In this document: in pieces, positions 56,882 to 64,000 of the stretch | Position numbering within the stretch: position 1 is the stretch's first letter | Layout: every line of letters begins with the position of its first letter | From: Alphaproteobacteria bacterium | GTDB taxonomy: Bacteria > Pseudomonadota > Alphaproteobacteria > UBA7985 | Length of the DNA: 64,000 nucleotides | NCBI GenBank assembly: GCA_964228455.1 | Contig: CAXQZM010000070.1 | Location: 180-64,179 of the forward strand | Direction: 5' to 3' | Program-made: the position numbers and the translations under genes | The notes under the pieces: generated by a model | The model's database searches: none | What the model was told of the DNA's origin: nothing | What the model saw: the letters and a program-made list of their open reading frames with translations, nothing else

Positions 56882-57658
56882 ATGCTTGAGCAATTTGTTG
56901 ACCTAAGTCGCCATAATATCAAAAACGATAATTACGCGGCTACCTGTCGATCTCGATTAGATTCTAAAGGCGTTCTTTGTTTGCCAAAATTTTTGAAGCC
57001 GGAAGTACTGCACGCATTAGTTGATGCGGCAGCAGAGGTGGAAAAACATGCATATTTTACCACATCAACGCACAATGTTTATTTAACGCCAAAGAATCCG
57101 GAGTTACCAAAAAGTCATGTGTTTAATCTGCAGGTAGTCTCAACTAAAGGTTGTGTTTGTGATGATATAATTTCAGCTAACTCACCATTACGTCATATTT
57201 ATAACAACGCTGACTTTAAAAAATTTATATGCCAAGTTGTCGGAGTAGATTCTCTTTTCCCTTACGAGGATCCGCTCTCATCCATCAACATTCACTATGC
57301 ACCCAAGGGAAAGGAACTAGGATGGCATTTTGATAACTCAGAGTTCGCAATCACACTTCTTCTACAGGCGCCAGAAGCGGGCGGAGAGTATCATTATATT
57401 AAAGATTTAAGAGATGCTAATGCTGGCGAAATGAACTTTGAGGGGGTTAAAGCAGCATTAGAGGGAAGGCTTGAACCCACAGTTCTCCCAATAGAGCCTG
57501 GAACTCTCGTGCTCTTTCGAGGTCGAAACTCATTGCACAGGGTTACACCAACAAAAGGAAAGATTTCCCGCTATTTGGTTGTACTAGCATACAATGGAAA
57601 GCCCGGGGTGAGCCTCTCAGAAACTGCTCGTCAAACATTCTATGGGCGCGTTGTTTGA
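56882..57658 (+). CDS. Putative Fe(II)/2-oxoglutarate-dependent dioxygenase-like protein
   Basis: Candidate HxD...H facial triad (GWHFDNSE ... SLHRVTP) with a downstream Arg/Ser (KISRY). 258 aa. The gene body is locally AT-rich. Assignment is tentative. Confidence 0.45.
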   Translation: MLEQFVDLSRHNIKNDNYAATCRSRLDSKGVLCLPKFLKPEVLHALVDAAAEVEKHAYFTTSTHNVYLTPKNPELPKSHVFNLQVVSTKGCVCDDIISANSPLRHIYNNADFKKFICQVVGVDSLFPYEDPLSSINIHYAPKGKELGWHFDNSEFAITLLLQAPEAGGEYHYIKDLRDANAGEMNFEGVKAALEGRLEPTVLPIEPGTLVLFRGRNSLHRVTPTKGKISRYLVVLAYNGKPGVSLSETARQTFYGRVV

Positions 57659-57794
57659 CTCTCGTGAACTAAATCCTTAAGGGGCGCCGATGCTTCAAAT
57701 TCGTGGTGTGTAACACCATGTTCGAGAAGGTATTCGAACCCCCTGCTTGGCGAAGGCTCGCTCAGTGGGGTTATTTTGCTTGTGAGGTTTTGGC

Positions 57795-59216
57795 TTGTTC
57801 CAAGGACTTTCGGAAAGATTAGAAGGTGTATTCGGCGGACTCCGTCGGAAGGCCAGGTTAACTGAGGCCGACGTAACCGCCGCCTTGCGCGAAGTTCGTC
57901 TTGCTTTGCTGGAGGCGGATGTAGCATTGCCAGTGGTTAAAGACCTTATGGCTCGCGTTAAAGAGGCTGCCGTAGGTGCTAACCTCGTTAAGAAAATTTC
58001 CCCAGATCAGTTAGTTGTAAAAATAGTTAACGACGAACTTGTCAAAACATTGGGTGATACGATCCATCCCCTCACAGAAGCCAGCGCGCCTCCAACCATT
58101 TTTTTAATGGCTGGTCTACAAGGATCGGGTAAAACAACAACTTCGGCTAAGCTTGGGCTAAAATTTACAAAAGATCGTAAACGGGTTTTGCTGGCATCAT
58201 TGGACACTCGCCGTCCTGCTGCTCAAGAACAACTAAAAATTTTAGGGAAACAGACCGGAGTTAACAGCCTGCCGATTGTACCAGGAGAGACGCCGCTTCA
58301 GATTGCAAAGCGTGCTCAAACAATAGCGGCGCTTGAAGGCTACGACATACTTATCTTGGACTCCGCTGGGCGGCTCTCGATTGATGATGAATTAATGAAC
58401 GAGCTAGTTGGTGTTCGCGACGCTACCGCTCCGCACGAAACACTTCTTGTTGCAGATGCAATGACTGGTCAAGATGCGGTTAATACCGCGAAAATATTTG
58501 AAGAGCGAATAGGGGTAACGGGTCTAGTTCTAACGCGAGTGGACGGGGACGCGCGAGGAGGTGCAGCCCTTTCTATGAGGGCCATAACCGGTAAGCCAGT
58601 CAAGCTTCTCGGCACAGGTGAAAAAATGGACGCGCTTGAGGAGTTTCACCCAACTCGCATTGCGTCTCGCATCCTAGGCATGGGCGATGTAGTATCACTC
58701 GTTGAGAAAGCACAGGAACTTCAGGAAGAAGGTGAAGCGGAACGGTTGCAGGCAAAACTTTCTAAAGGTCAGTTCGACTTGAATGATATGGCAGACCAAA
58801 TGAAAAAAATTTCAAAGCTCGGTGGCATTGGTGGGCTTATGTCTATGATGCCTGGCATGGGTGGCATGAAAAAACAATTAGAGGCCGCCAAAGACCAGAT
58901 AAATGATAAAGTGGTGTCTCGACAGCTTGCTATGATCTCATCCATGACCCCAGGTGAAAGAGCTAAGCCCGAAATTTTAAAGGCTAAGCGCAAGCAACGC
59001 ATAGCCTCAGGGTCCGGTACGTCGGTGGCAGATCTCAACAAATTGCTAAAGCAACATCAGGGTATGGCCAAAATGATGAAAAAGGTCAGCAAACAATCTC
59101 GAAGAGGCGGAATGCCACAAATGCCCTCAGAACTCGAAGTTGGAGACCTCTCCCAACTCGGAAACCTGAAAGGCCTGACAGGCAAATTGCCTAAAGGCTT
59201 TCCATTCAAACGCTAA
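57795..59216 (+). CDS. ffh: Signal recognition particle protein Ffh
   Basis: N domain, G domain (MAGLQGSGKTTTSAKLG, DTRRPAA, DSAGR) and a Met-rich M domain (MMPGMGGMKK). TTG start at 57795, preceded by GAGG. Confidence 0.9.
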   Translation: MFQGLSERLEGVFGGLRRKARLTEADVTAALREVRLALLEADVALPVVKDLMARVKEAAVGANLVKKISPDQLVVKIVNDELVKTLGDTIHPLTEASAPPTIFLMAGLQGSGKTTTSAKLGLKFTKDRKRVLLASLDTRRPAAQEQLKILGKQTGVNSLPIVPGETPLQIAKRAQTIAALEGYDILILDSAGRLSIDDELMNELVGVRDATAPHETLLVADAMTGQDAVNTAKIFEERIGVTGLVLTRVDGDARGGAALSMRAITGKPVKLLGTGEKMDALEEFHPTRIASRILGMGDVVSLVEKAQELQEEGEAERLQAKLSKGQFDLNDMADQMKKISKLGGIGGLMSMMPGMGGMKKQLEAAKDQINDKVVSRQLAMISSMTPGERAKPEILKAKRKQRIASGSGTSVADLNKLLKQHQGMAKMMKKVSKQSRRGGMPQMPSELEVGDLSQLGNLKGLTGKLPKGFPFKR

Positions 59217-59240
59217 ATCCAACAAAAAAGGAAGACAAAC

Positions 59241-59630
59241 ATGGCACTAAAAATTCGTTTAGCACGAGCAGGGGCAAAAAAACGCCCATACTACCGCGTC
59301 GTCGTGGCTGATAGCCGCATGCCTCGCGATGGTCGCTTTATCGAGCGTGTGGGTTCATATAACCCAATGGTCCCTAAAGATCATGACGAGCGGCTTACGT
59401 TAGATGGCGAAAAAATTGCGGAATGGGTGGAAAAAGGAGCTCGACCAACCGACCGAGTTGCGCGATTGATGTCACAGGCTGGATTAGGTGAGGCTCCAGC
59501 CATTCCCCAGCAAACTAAGCAAAATCAGCCCAAGAAAAAAGCCCAAGAACGCGCTGAGGAAAAGGCACAAAAAGTAGCAGAAGCAGCGGCAGCTGAAGAA
59601 GCACCAGCTGAAGAAGCGCCAGCTGAGTAA
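59241..59630 (+). CDS. rpsP: 30S ribosomal protein S16 (with Ala/Glu/Pro-rich C-terminal extension)
   Basis: [26 protein letters not shown] is the canonical S16 N-terminus. C-terminal tail [25 protein letters not shown]. Confidence 0.9.
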   Translation: MALKIRLARAGAKKRPYYRVVVADSRMPRDGRFIERVGSYNPMVPKDHDERLTLDGEKIAEWVEKGARPTDRVARLMSQAGLGEAPAIPQQTKQNQPKKKAQERAEEKAQKVAEAAAAEEAPAEEAPAE

Positions 59631-59670
59631 ACAAAAATAGTACACGCCGAAACATTAGTGGCGCGGTTGT

Positions 59671-59712
59671 CTCCTGATTATTTAACCGAGGTAATTAGGA
59701 GACTATTTTTTA
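59671..59712 (+). terminator. Rho-independent terminator after rpsP
   Basis: CTCCTGATTAtttaaccgaggTAATTAGGAG, a 10-bp stem with one G.U, followed by actatttttt. Confidence 0.5.
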
Positions 59713-59835
59713 TCCTGAGTAAACTTTTGAGGCACGATTCTATGAAATTAGATTGCGGAAACTGTTTGTCTCATCTCAGATAGAGCTAAATTAGCGACCC
59801 TTGACCTTGAGGCTCTGGTTGCCCACTTTCGATTA

Positions 59836-60390
59836 ATGAACATGAGCACTGATCAAACTATGCATGCCACAACTATCCTAACGGTTAGAAAAGGCAATCA
59901 AATTGTGGTCGCTGGAGACGGACAAGTTTCGATGGGCCCCACGATCGTAAAAGGCACTGCGCGCAAAGTAAGAAGGCTAGGAAAGACAAACGAAATCATT
60001 ACAGGTTTTGCCGGAGCGACTGCTGACGCGTTCACGCTATTTGAATTGCTGGAATCCAAGCTAGAAAAACACAGTGGCCAATTGATGCGAGCAGCTGTTG
60101 AATTAGCAAAAGAATGGCGACAAGACCGAATGCTACGGAGGCTGGAGGCATTACTAATTGTCGTCGACAAGGAGCATAGTTTAATGATTTCTGGAACGGG
60201 GGATGTGCTTGATTCGGAAGATGGCATCATAGCGATTGGATCAGGTGGAAACTATGCGCTCGCCGCCGCCCGAGCACTTTCAGATCAAGATATGACTGCG
60301 GAGGAGATAGCTCGTAAGGCCATGAAAATCGCTGGAGATATCTGTGTGTACACTAATCATAGCCTAGTTATTGAGACCATTAACCTCTAA
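59836..60390 (+). CDS. hslV: ATP-dependent protease subunit HslV
   Basis: [21 protein letters not shown] with catalytic Thr after a short N-terminal extension, and GSGGNYA. 184 aa. Confidence 0.85.
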   Translation: MNMSTDQTMHATTILTVRKGNQIVVAGDGQVSMGPTIVKGTARKVRRLGKTNEIITGFAGATADAFTLFELLESKLEKHSGQLMRAAVELAKEWRQDRMLRRLEALLIVVDKEHSLMISGTGDVLDSEDGIIAIGSGGNYALAAARALSDQDMTAEEIARKAMKIAGDICVYTNHSLVIETINL

Positions 60391-60432
60391 CCCGACAGTA
60401 CGCCTGTAACGCGACCAAACGAAATTATTCTT

Positions 60433-61740
60433 ATGAAATCTGCTGCTTACACACCTCGAGAAATTGTTCACGAGTTAGATCGTCACATTGTTGGGCAGCT
60501 TGAGGCAAAGCGGGCCGTAGCAATTGCACTTCGAAATCGATGGCGTCGCCAGCAGCTAGATGAAGCGCTCGCGGAAGAGGTGACCCCAAAGAATATTCTT
60601 ATGATTGGGCCAACGGGATGCGGCAAAACTGAGATTGCACGGCGTTTGGCAAAATTAGCCGATGCACCGTTCACAAAAATAGAAGCCACAAAATTCACCG
60701 AAGTTGGTTATGTAGGTAGAGATGTAGAATCAATTATCAGGGACTTGGTTGAGGTAGGCATAAAGCAGACTCGTGATACTCAAATGAAATCAGTTAGGGC
60801 TGCTGCCGAAGATGCTGCAGAAGATCGGGTTCTTGATGTTTTTGTAGGTGCGACTGCCAGCGAAGAAACTCGACAAAAATTTCGAAAAAAGCTTCGTCAA
60901 GGCGATCTTAATGACAAAGAAATAGAAATAGAGATCCTTGATAAAAAGAGCGGTCTGCCAACCATGGATATCCCGGGGATGCCTGGCGGACAAGTTGGTA
61001 TGCTAGATCTTGGCGATCTACTTGGATCTAAAGGAAGACCAACCAAACGTAAGATGGCCGTCAAAACAGCGCTCGAAGCCGTTACCGAAGAAGAGGCTGA
61101 CAAACGATTAGATCAAGAAAGTCTGCAGGCTGAAGCAATAAGTTCTGTTGAAAATAACGGGATCGTTTTCATCGATGAAATCGATAAGATTGCTATAAGT
61201 GAACAAAGGGGCGGAGGCGCTGTTAGCAGGGAAGGAGTCCAACGTGATCTTCTTCCACTGATTGAAGGCACACAAGTTTCAACAAAGCACGGCATAGTAA
61301 AAACGGATCATATTCTTTTCATAGCCTCGGGTGCCTTTCATCTATCCAAACCGAGCGACTTATTACCAGAGTTACAAGGTAGGCTCCCGATACGTGTAGA
61401 ACTAACAGCACTTAGCAAAGAGGACTTCCGCAGAATTCTAGCCGATACTGAGCATTCCTTGTTGAAACAGTATCGTGCGCTCCTGGGCACTGAAGGTTTA
61501 TCAGTAAAATTTTCAGAAGAAGCTATAGACCGACTTGCGGAGCTTTCCTTCAACATCAACGAAAGTGTCGAGAATATCGGTGCCAGGCGACTGGCAACAG
61601 TTATGGAAAGACTTTTGGAAGATATCTCTTTCACTGCGCCTGATAAGGGCGAGGATAGTATCCTAATCGACCGTGCTTTAGTTGATGAACGTGTTGGTAT
61701 CCTTAGTGATCAAACAGATCTAAGTAGATTTATCCTCTAA
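60433..61740 (+). CDS. hslU: ATP-dependent protease ATPase subunit HslU
   Basis: [15 protein letters not shown], Walker [17 protein letters not shown], Walker [12 protein letters not shown], sensor-2 region. 435 aa. Confidence 0.9.
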   Translation: MKSAAYTPREIVHELDRHIVGQLEAKRAVAIALRNRWRRQQLDEALAEEVTPKNILMIGPTGCGKTEIARRLAKLADAPFTKIEATKFTEVGYVGRDVESIIRDLVEVGIKQTRDTQMKSVRAAAEDAAEDRVLDVFVGATASEETRQKFRKKLRQGDLNDKEIEIEILDKKSGLPTMDIPGMPGGQVGMLDLGDLLGSKGRPTKRKMAVKTALEAVTEEEADKRLDQESLQAEAISSVENNGIVFIDEIDKIAISEQRGGGAVSREGVQRDLLPLIEGTQVSTKHGIVKTDHILFIASGAFHLSKPSDLLPELQGRLPIRVELTALSKEDFRRILADTEHSLLKQYRALLGTEGLSVKFSEEAIDRLAELSFNINESVENIGARRLATVMERLLEDISFTAPDKGEDSILIDRALVDERVGILSDQTDLSRFIL

Positions 61741-62016
61741 AGCTCTAAGCTTCTTTAACTTTTTATTTCGAAGCTTTTCGTCGTTACCGGCTAACTTCAC
61801 GGCTATTGGTTCTTTCGTTTTTTTCACTTTTAGGCCATCAAAATCGTATCGGCCCTGACGCAAGGCCCAGCAGGCCAGCGCCATAGATCTGGGTATGGAA
61901 TGACCTTGCTTCTCATAATTCTGGAACATTCGCAACTTTAAGCCAAGGGCAAGAGCAGCCTCACTTTGGGTTAAGGCCAATGCTTTGCGCCAGATCTTTA
62001 GACCCGCGCCAGTCAT
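61720..62016 (-). CDS. XRE-family helix-turn-helix transcriptional regulator (small)
   Basis: [33 protein letters not shown] matches the Cro/C1-type. Start set at the internal ATG (MTGAG), because the upstream extension of the ORF runs through AT-rich palindromic sequence. Confidence 0.5.
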   Translation of the reverse strand: MTGAGLKIWRKALALTQSEAALALGLKLRMFQNYEKQGHSIPRSMALACWALRQGRYDFDGLKVKKTKEPIAVKLAGNDEKLRNKKLKKLRALEDKST

Positions 62017-62268
62017 ATTAGAGTGTTTCTTAAATGCCACGTTCTTTTCACCAAATTTATATGCAATACTTGCGTATTTTTTGAGGTTAATATATGCATA
62101 ATGTGCATATTTTGAGAGTAACAGTATGAGCAGACAAGCGGCACTTTGGCAATACATGATGACCCCTTATCAGGAAACCGGTCTTGAAGGGCGCAAGCGC
62201 TTTCGAAAAAAGTCTGGACCAAATTTAGTTCGCTGGTTGCAGCGCCAACTTAACGCCGCGCTTGGCAA

Positions 62269-62721
62269 TTAGAGCGGCAAAGCTGTTTTTCTAACAACTT
62301 TCTTTAAACTAAACTGACTTTGTAAACGCGCGACGTGAGGAAGCGCTGTTAGTTTTGTGCGATGCAAGCGCTCGTAGTCTTCAACATCCTTTACTACGAC
62401 ACGAATTAGGTAATCAGATGTTCCTGCAACTAGTGTGCAGTCCATAACTTCCGGAATCATAATAACCTCCGACTCAAATGCTCTCAATTGATCAGCGTGC
62501 TGGCTATCCAGCTCTACCGAAATAAATACTGAAGTACGAAAGCCGAGAGTGTTTGCGTTTAAAAGCGCCCTATAAGAGTCAATCACACCGTTGGATTCCA
62601 GTGCCTTTACGCGCCGGTGACAAGCAGCCGGAGATAGGCCAATAGCGTCTGATAACTCTGCATTTGTTAAGCTTGCATCTTCCTGCAGAGATCGTAGAAT
62701 TTTTTGGTCTATTTCATCCAT
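62269..62721 (-). CDS. lrp: Lrp/AsnC-family transcriptional regulator
   Basis: N-terminal HTH LDEIDQKILRSLQEDASLTNAELSDAIGLSPAACHRRVKALE and a C-terminal RAM domain. Divergent from ald. Confidence 0.85.
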   Translation of the reverse strand: MDEIDQKILRSLQEDASLTNAELSDAIGLSPAACHRRVKALESNGVIDSYRALLNANTLGFRTSVFISVELDSQHADQLRAFESEVIMIPEVMDCTLVAGTSDYLIRVVVKDVEDYERLHRTKLTALPHVARLQSQFSLKKVVRKTALPL

Positions 62722-62853
62722 ATAGAATATTTTCCTAATATTAATAATAACATTAATATATTATCTTAATTTAATCCATAATTTTCGGAAATCCGCAAGG
62801 ACATTTCTGAGTCGATATGTATTTAAAGTACCATCAACTCAGGAGAATTATAC

Positions 62854-63897
62854 ATGAGAATTGGCGTCCCCAGCGAGATTAAGCCCCAGGAAAAACGAGT
62901 GGGGCTCACCCCTGAATCAGTCGCCGCTCTAATATCGGACGGACATGAGGTCATTGTGCAAGCTGGTGCAGGTTCTGGGATTGGAGCTGAGGACAAGGCC
63001 TATGCAGCTGCTGGTGCAACAATTGAAGTGAGCCGAGACAATATCTTTGCGTCATCTGATATGATTGTAAAGGTTAAGGAACCACAAGCTGAGGAGATAG
63101 CATTGCTCAGATCAGATCAGCTATTATTTACTTATCTGCATCTGGCACCCGATCGACCCCAAACCGAAGGCCTTCTTGCGTCGGGATGCACGGCTATAGC
63201 TTATGAGACCATAACAGACAAAAACGGAGCCCTGCCACTATTGCGTCCTATGTCTCAGGTTGCGGGCCGCATGGCCGTTCACGTTGCTGCAACAACACTT
63301 CAGCATACAAATGGTGGACAAGGCTTGCTTATTGGGGGTGTTCCAGGTGTAGGTCCAGCTAAGGTGCTAATACTAGGCGGAGGAGTGTCCGGTCGTCATG
63401 CGGCGCAAATGGCAGTTGGAATGGGCGCTGATGTAACGGTTTTTGACCTAAACGTAGCCACCCTTGAACAGCTCGACATACAGTTTGGCGCCTCCCTAAA
63501 AACCCAATTTTCTACTCGCGCGGCCCTGTCAGCTGCGCTGAAAACTGCCGATGTAGTAATTGGAGCAGTTCTTGTAGCGGGGGCAAAAGCGCCTAAATTG
63601 GTTACAGCACACGATCTAAAAACTATGAAAGCTGGCTCGGTTCTAGTAGACATTGCTATCGACCAGGGTGGTTGTTTTGAAACTTCTAAAGCCACCACAC
63701 ACGAAAGCCCAACCTATGTTGTAGACGACGTCGTGCACTATTGTGTTGCGAATATGCCCGGCGGAGTGCCAAAAACTTCAACTTACGCCCTCAATGCAGC
63801 AACACTACCGTTCGCGCGCGCACTAGCAAACAAGGGTTGGAGACAAGCTTGTGCAGAGGATCAACATATAGCACTGGGCCTAAAAATTCACGCTTGA
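62854..63897 (+). CDS. ald: Alanine dehydrogenase
   Basis: MRIGVPSEIKPQEKRVGLTP N-terminus and NAD fold VLILGGGVSGRHAAQMAVGMGADVTVFD. 347 aa. Confidence 0.9.
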   Translation: MRIGVPSEIKPQEKRVGLTPESVAALISDGHEVIVQAGAGSGIGAEDKAYAAAGATIEVSRDNIFASSDMIVKVKEPQAEEIALLRSDQLLFTYLHLAPDRPQTEGLLASGCTAIAYETITDKNGALPLLRPMSQVAGRMAVHVAATTLQHTNGGQGLLIGGVPGVGPAKVLILGGGVSGRHAAQMAVGMGADVTVFDLNVATLEQLDIQFGASLKTQFSTRAALSAALKTADVVIGAVLVAGAKAPKLVTAHDLKTMKAGSVLVDIAIDQGGCFETSKATTHESPTYVVDDVVHYCVANMPGGVPKTSTYALNAATLPFARALANKGWRQACAEDQHIALGLKIHA

Positions 63898-64000
63898 AAA
63901 ATCGAGCACCCCGAAGTGGCGCACGCGTTTCCAGAGCTACCGAATTCGCTCTAAATACCGACTGTTAGGTCCAGCAATAAGTTGCAGAAGTGTCGAATTT

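Noticed and set aside
1-64000. CRISPR arrays, transposases, integrases, prophage genes
   Set aside because: No direct-repeat/spacer periodicity and no transposase or integrase-like ORFs were seen. The AT-rich patches at 35.1-35.9 kb, 56.9-57.3 kb and 62.0-62.8 kb lack flanking mobility genes or obvious direct repeats.

Overview
This 64 kb window looks like a chromosomal segment from an alphaproteobacterium-like genome (roughly 48% GC by eye). Genes are densely packed and mostly housekeeping. I found no transposase, integrase, phage genes or CRISPR array. Recognisable blocks, in order: kdsD-lptC-lptA-lptB with a 5-formyl-THF cyclo-ligase and a YmdB-like phosphoesterase; ybjN-like plus proC; rpsA-cmk-glpD (minus strand); a cobalamin cluster (cobB-cobA diverging from cbiD-cobK-DUF1289-cobU-cobW-SDR); pgk; an M24 peptidase; grpE-hrcA; rph; tRNA-Ser(GCT); an AEC transporter; rpsT; fabA-fabB; ispG; a lipoprotein; sdhC-sdhD-sdhA without sdhB; an FAH-family gene; rpoH; an AT-rich patch holding a sterol-desaturase-family gene, an orphan methyltransferase, an SDR and selO; rpmE; nudC; an SRP RNA (ffs) transcribed divergently from dnaX; an lpxL-like acyltransferase, moeB/thiF, dut, coaBC and lepA (minus strand); rpoN-hpf; a three-gene MotA/MotB-like envelope module; recR-ybaB; tRNA-Gln(TTG); a GNAT gene and msrB; ibpA with a sigma-32-type promoter; uup (ABC-F); a Fe(II)/2OG-dioxygenase-like gene in an AT-rich patch; ffh-rpsP; hslV-hslU; an XRE-type HTH gene; and the lrp-ald divergent pair. 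The most unusual element is the module at 48.9-52.0 kb. It combines a secreted protein carrying a degenerate OmpA-like domain, a MotA/TolQ/ExbB-type channel with a C-terminal tail, and a MotB-like protein with a long coiled-coil. No flagellar, Tol-Pal or TonB genes are nearby. Other points worth a second look: an apparent ~11 kb inversion that separates dnaX from ybaB-recR and ends at tRNA-Gln; a candidate 6S RNA at 6.6 kb; the composition of the cobalamin cluster; and two AT-rich single-gene islands.
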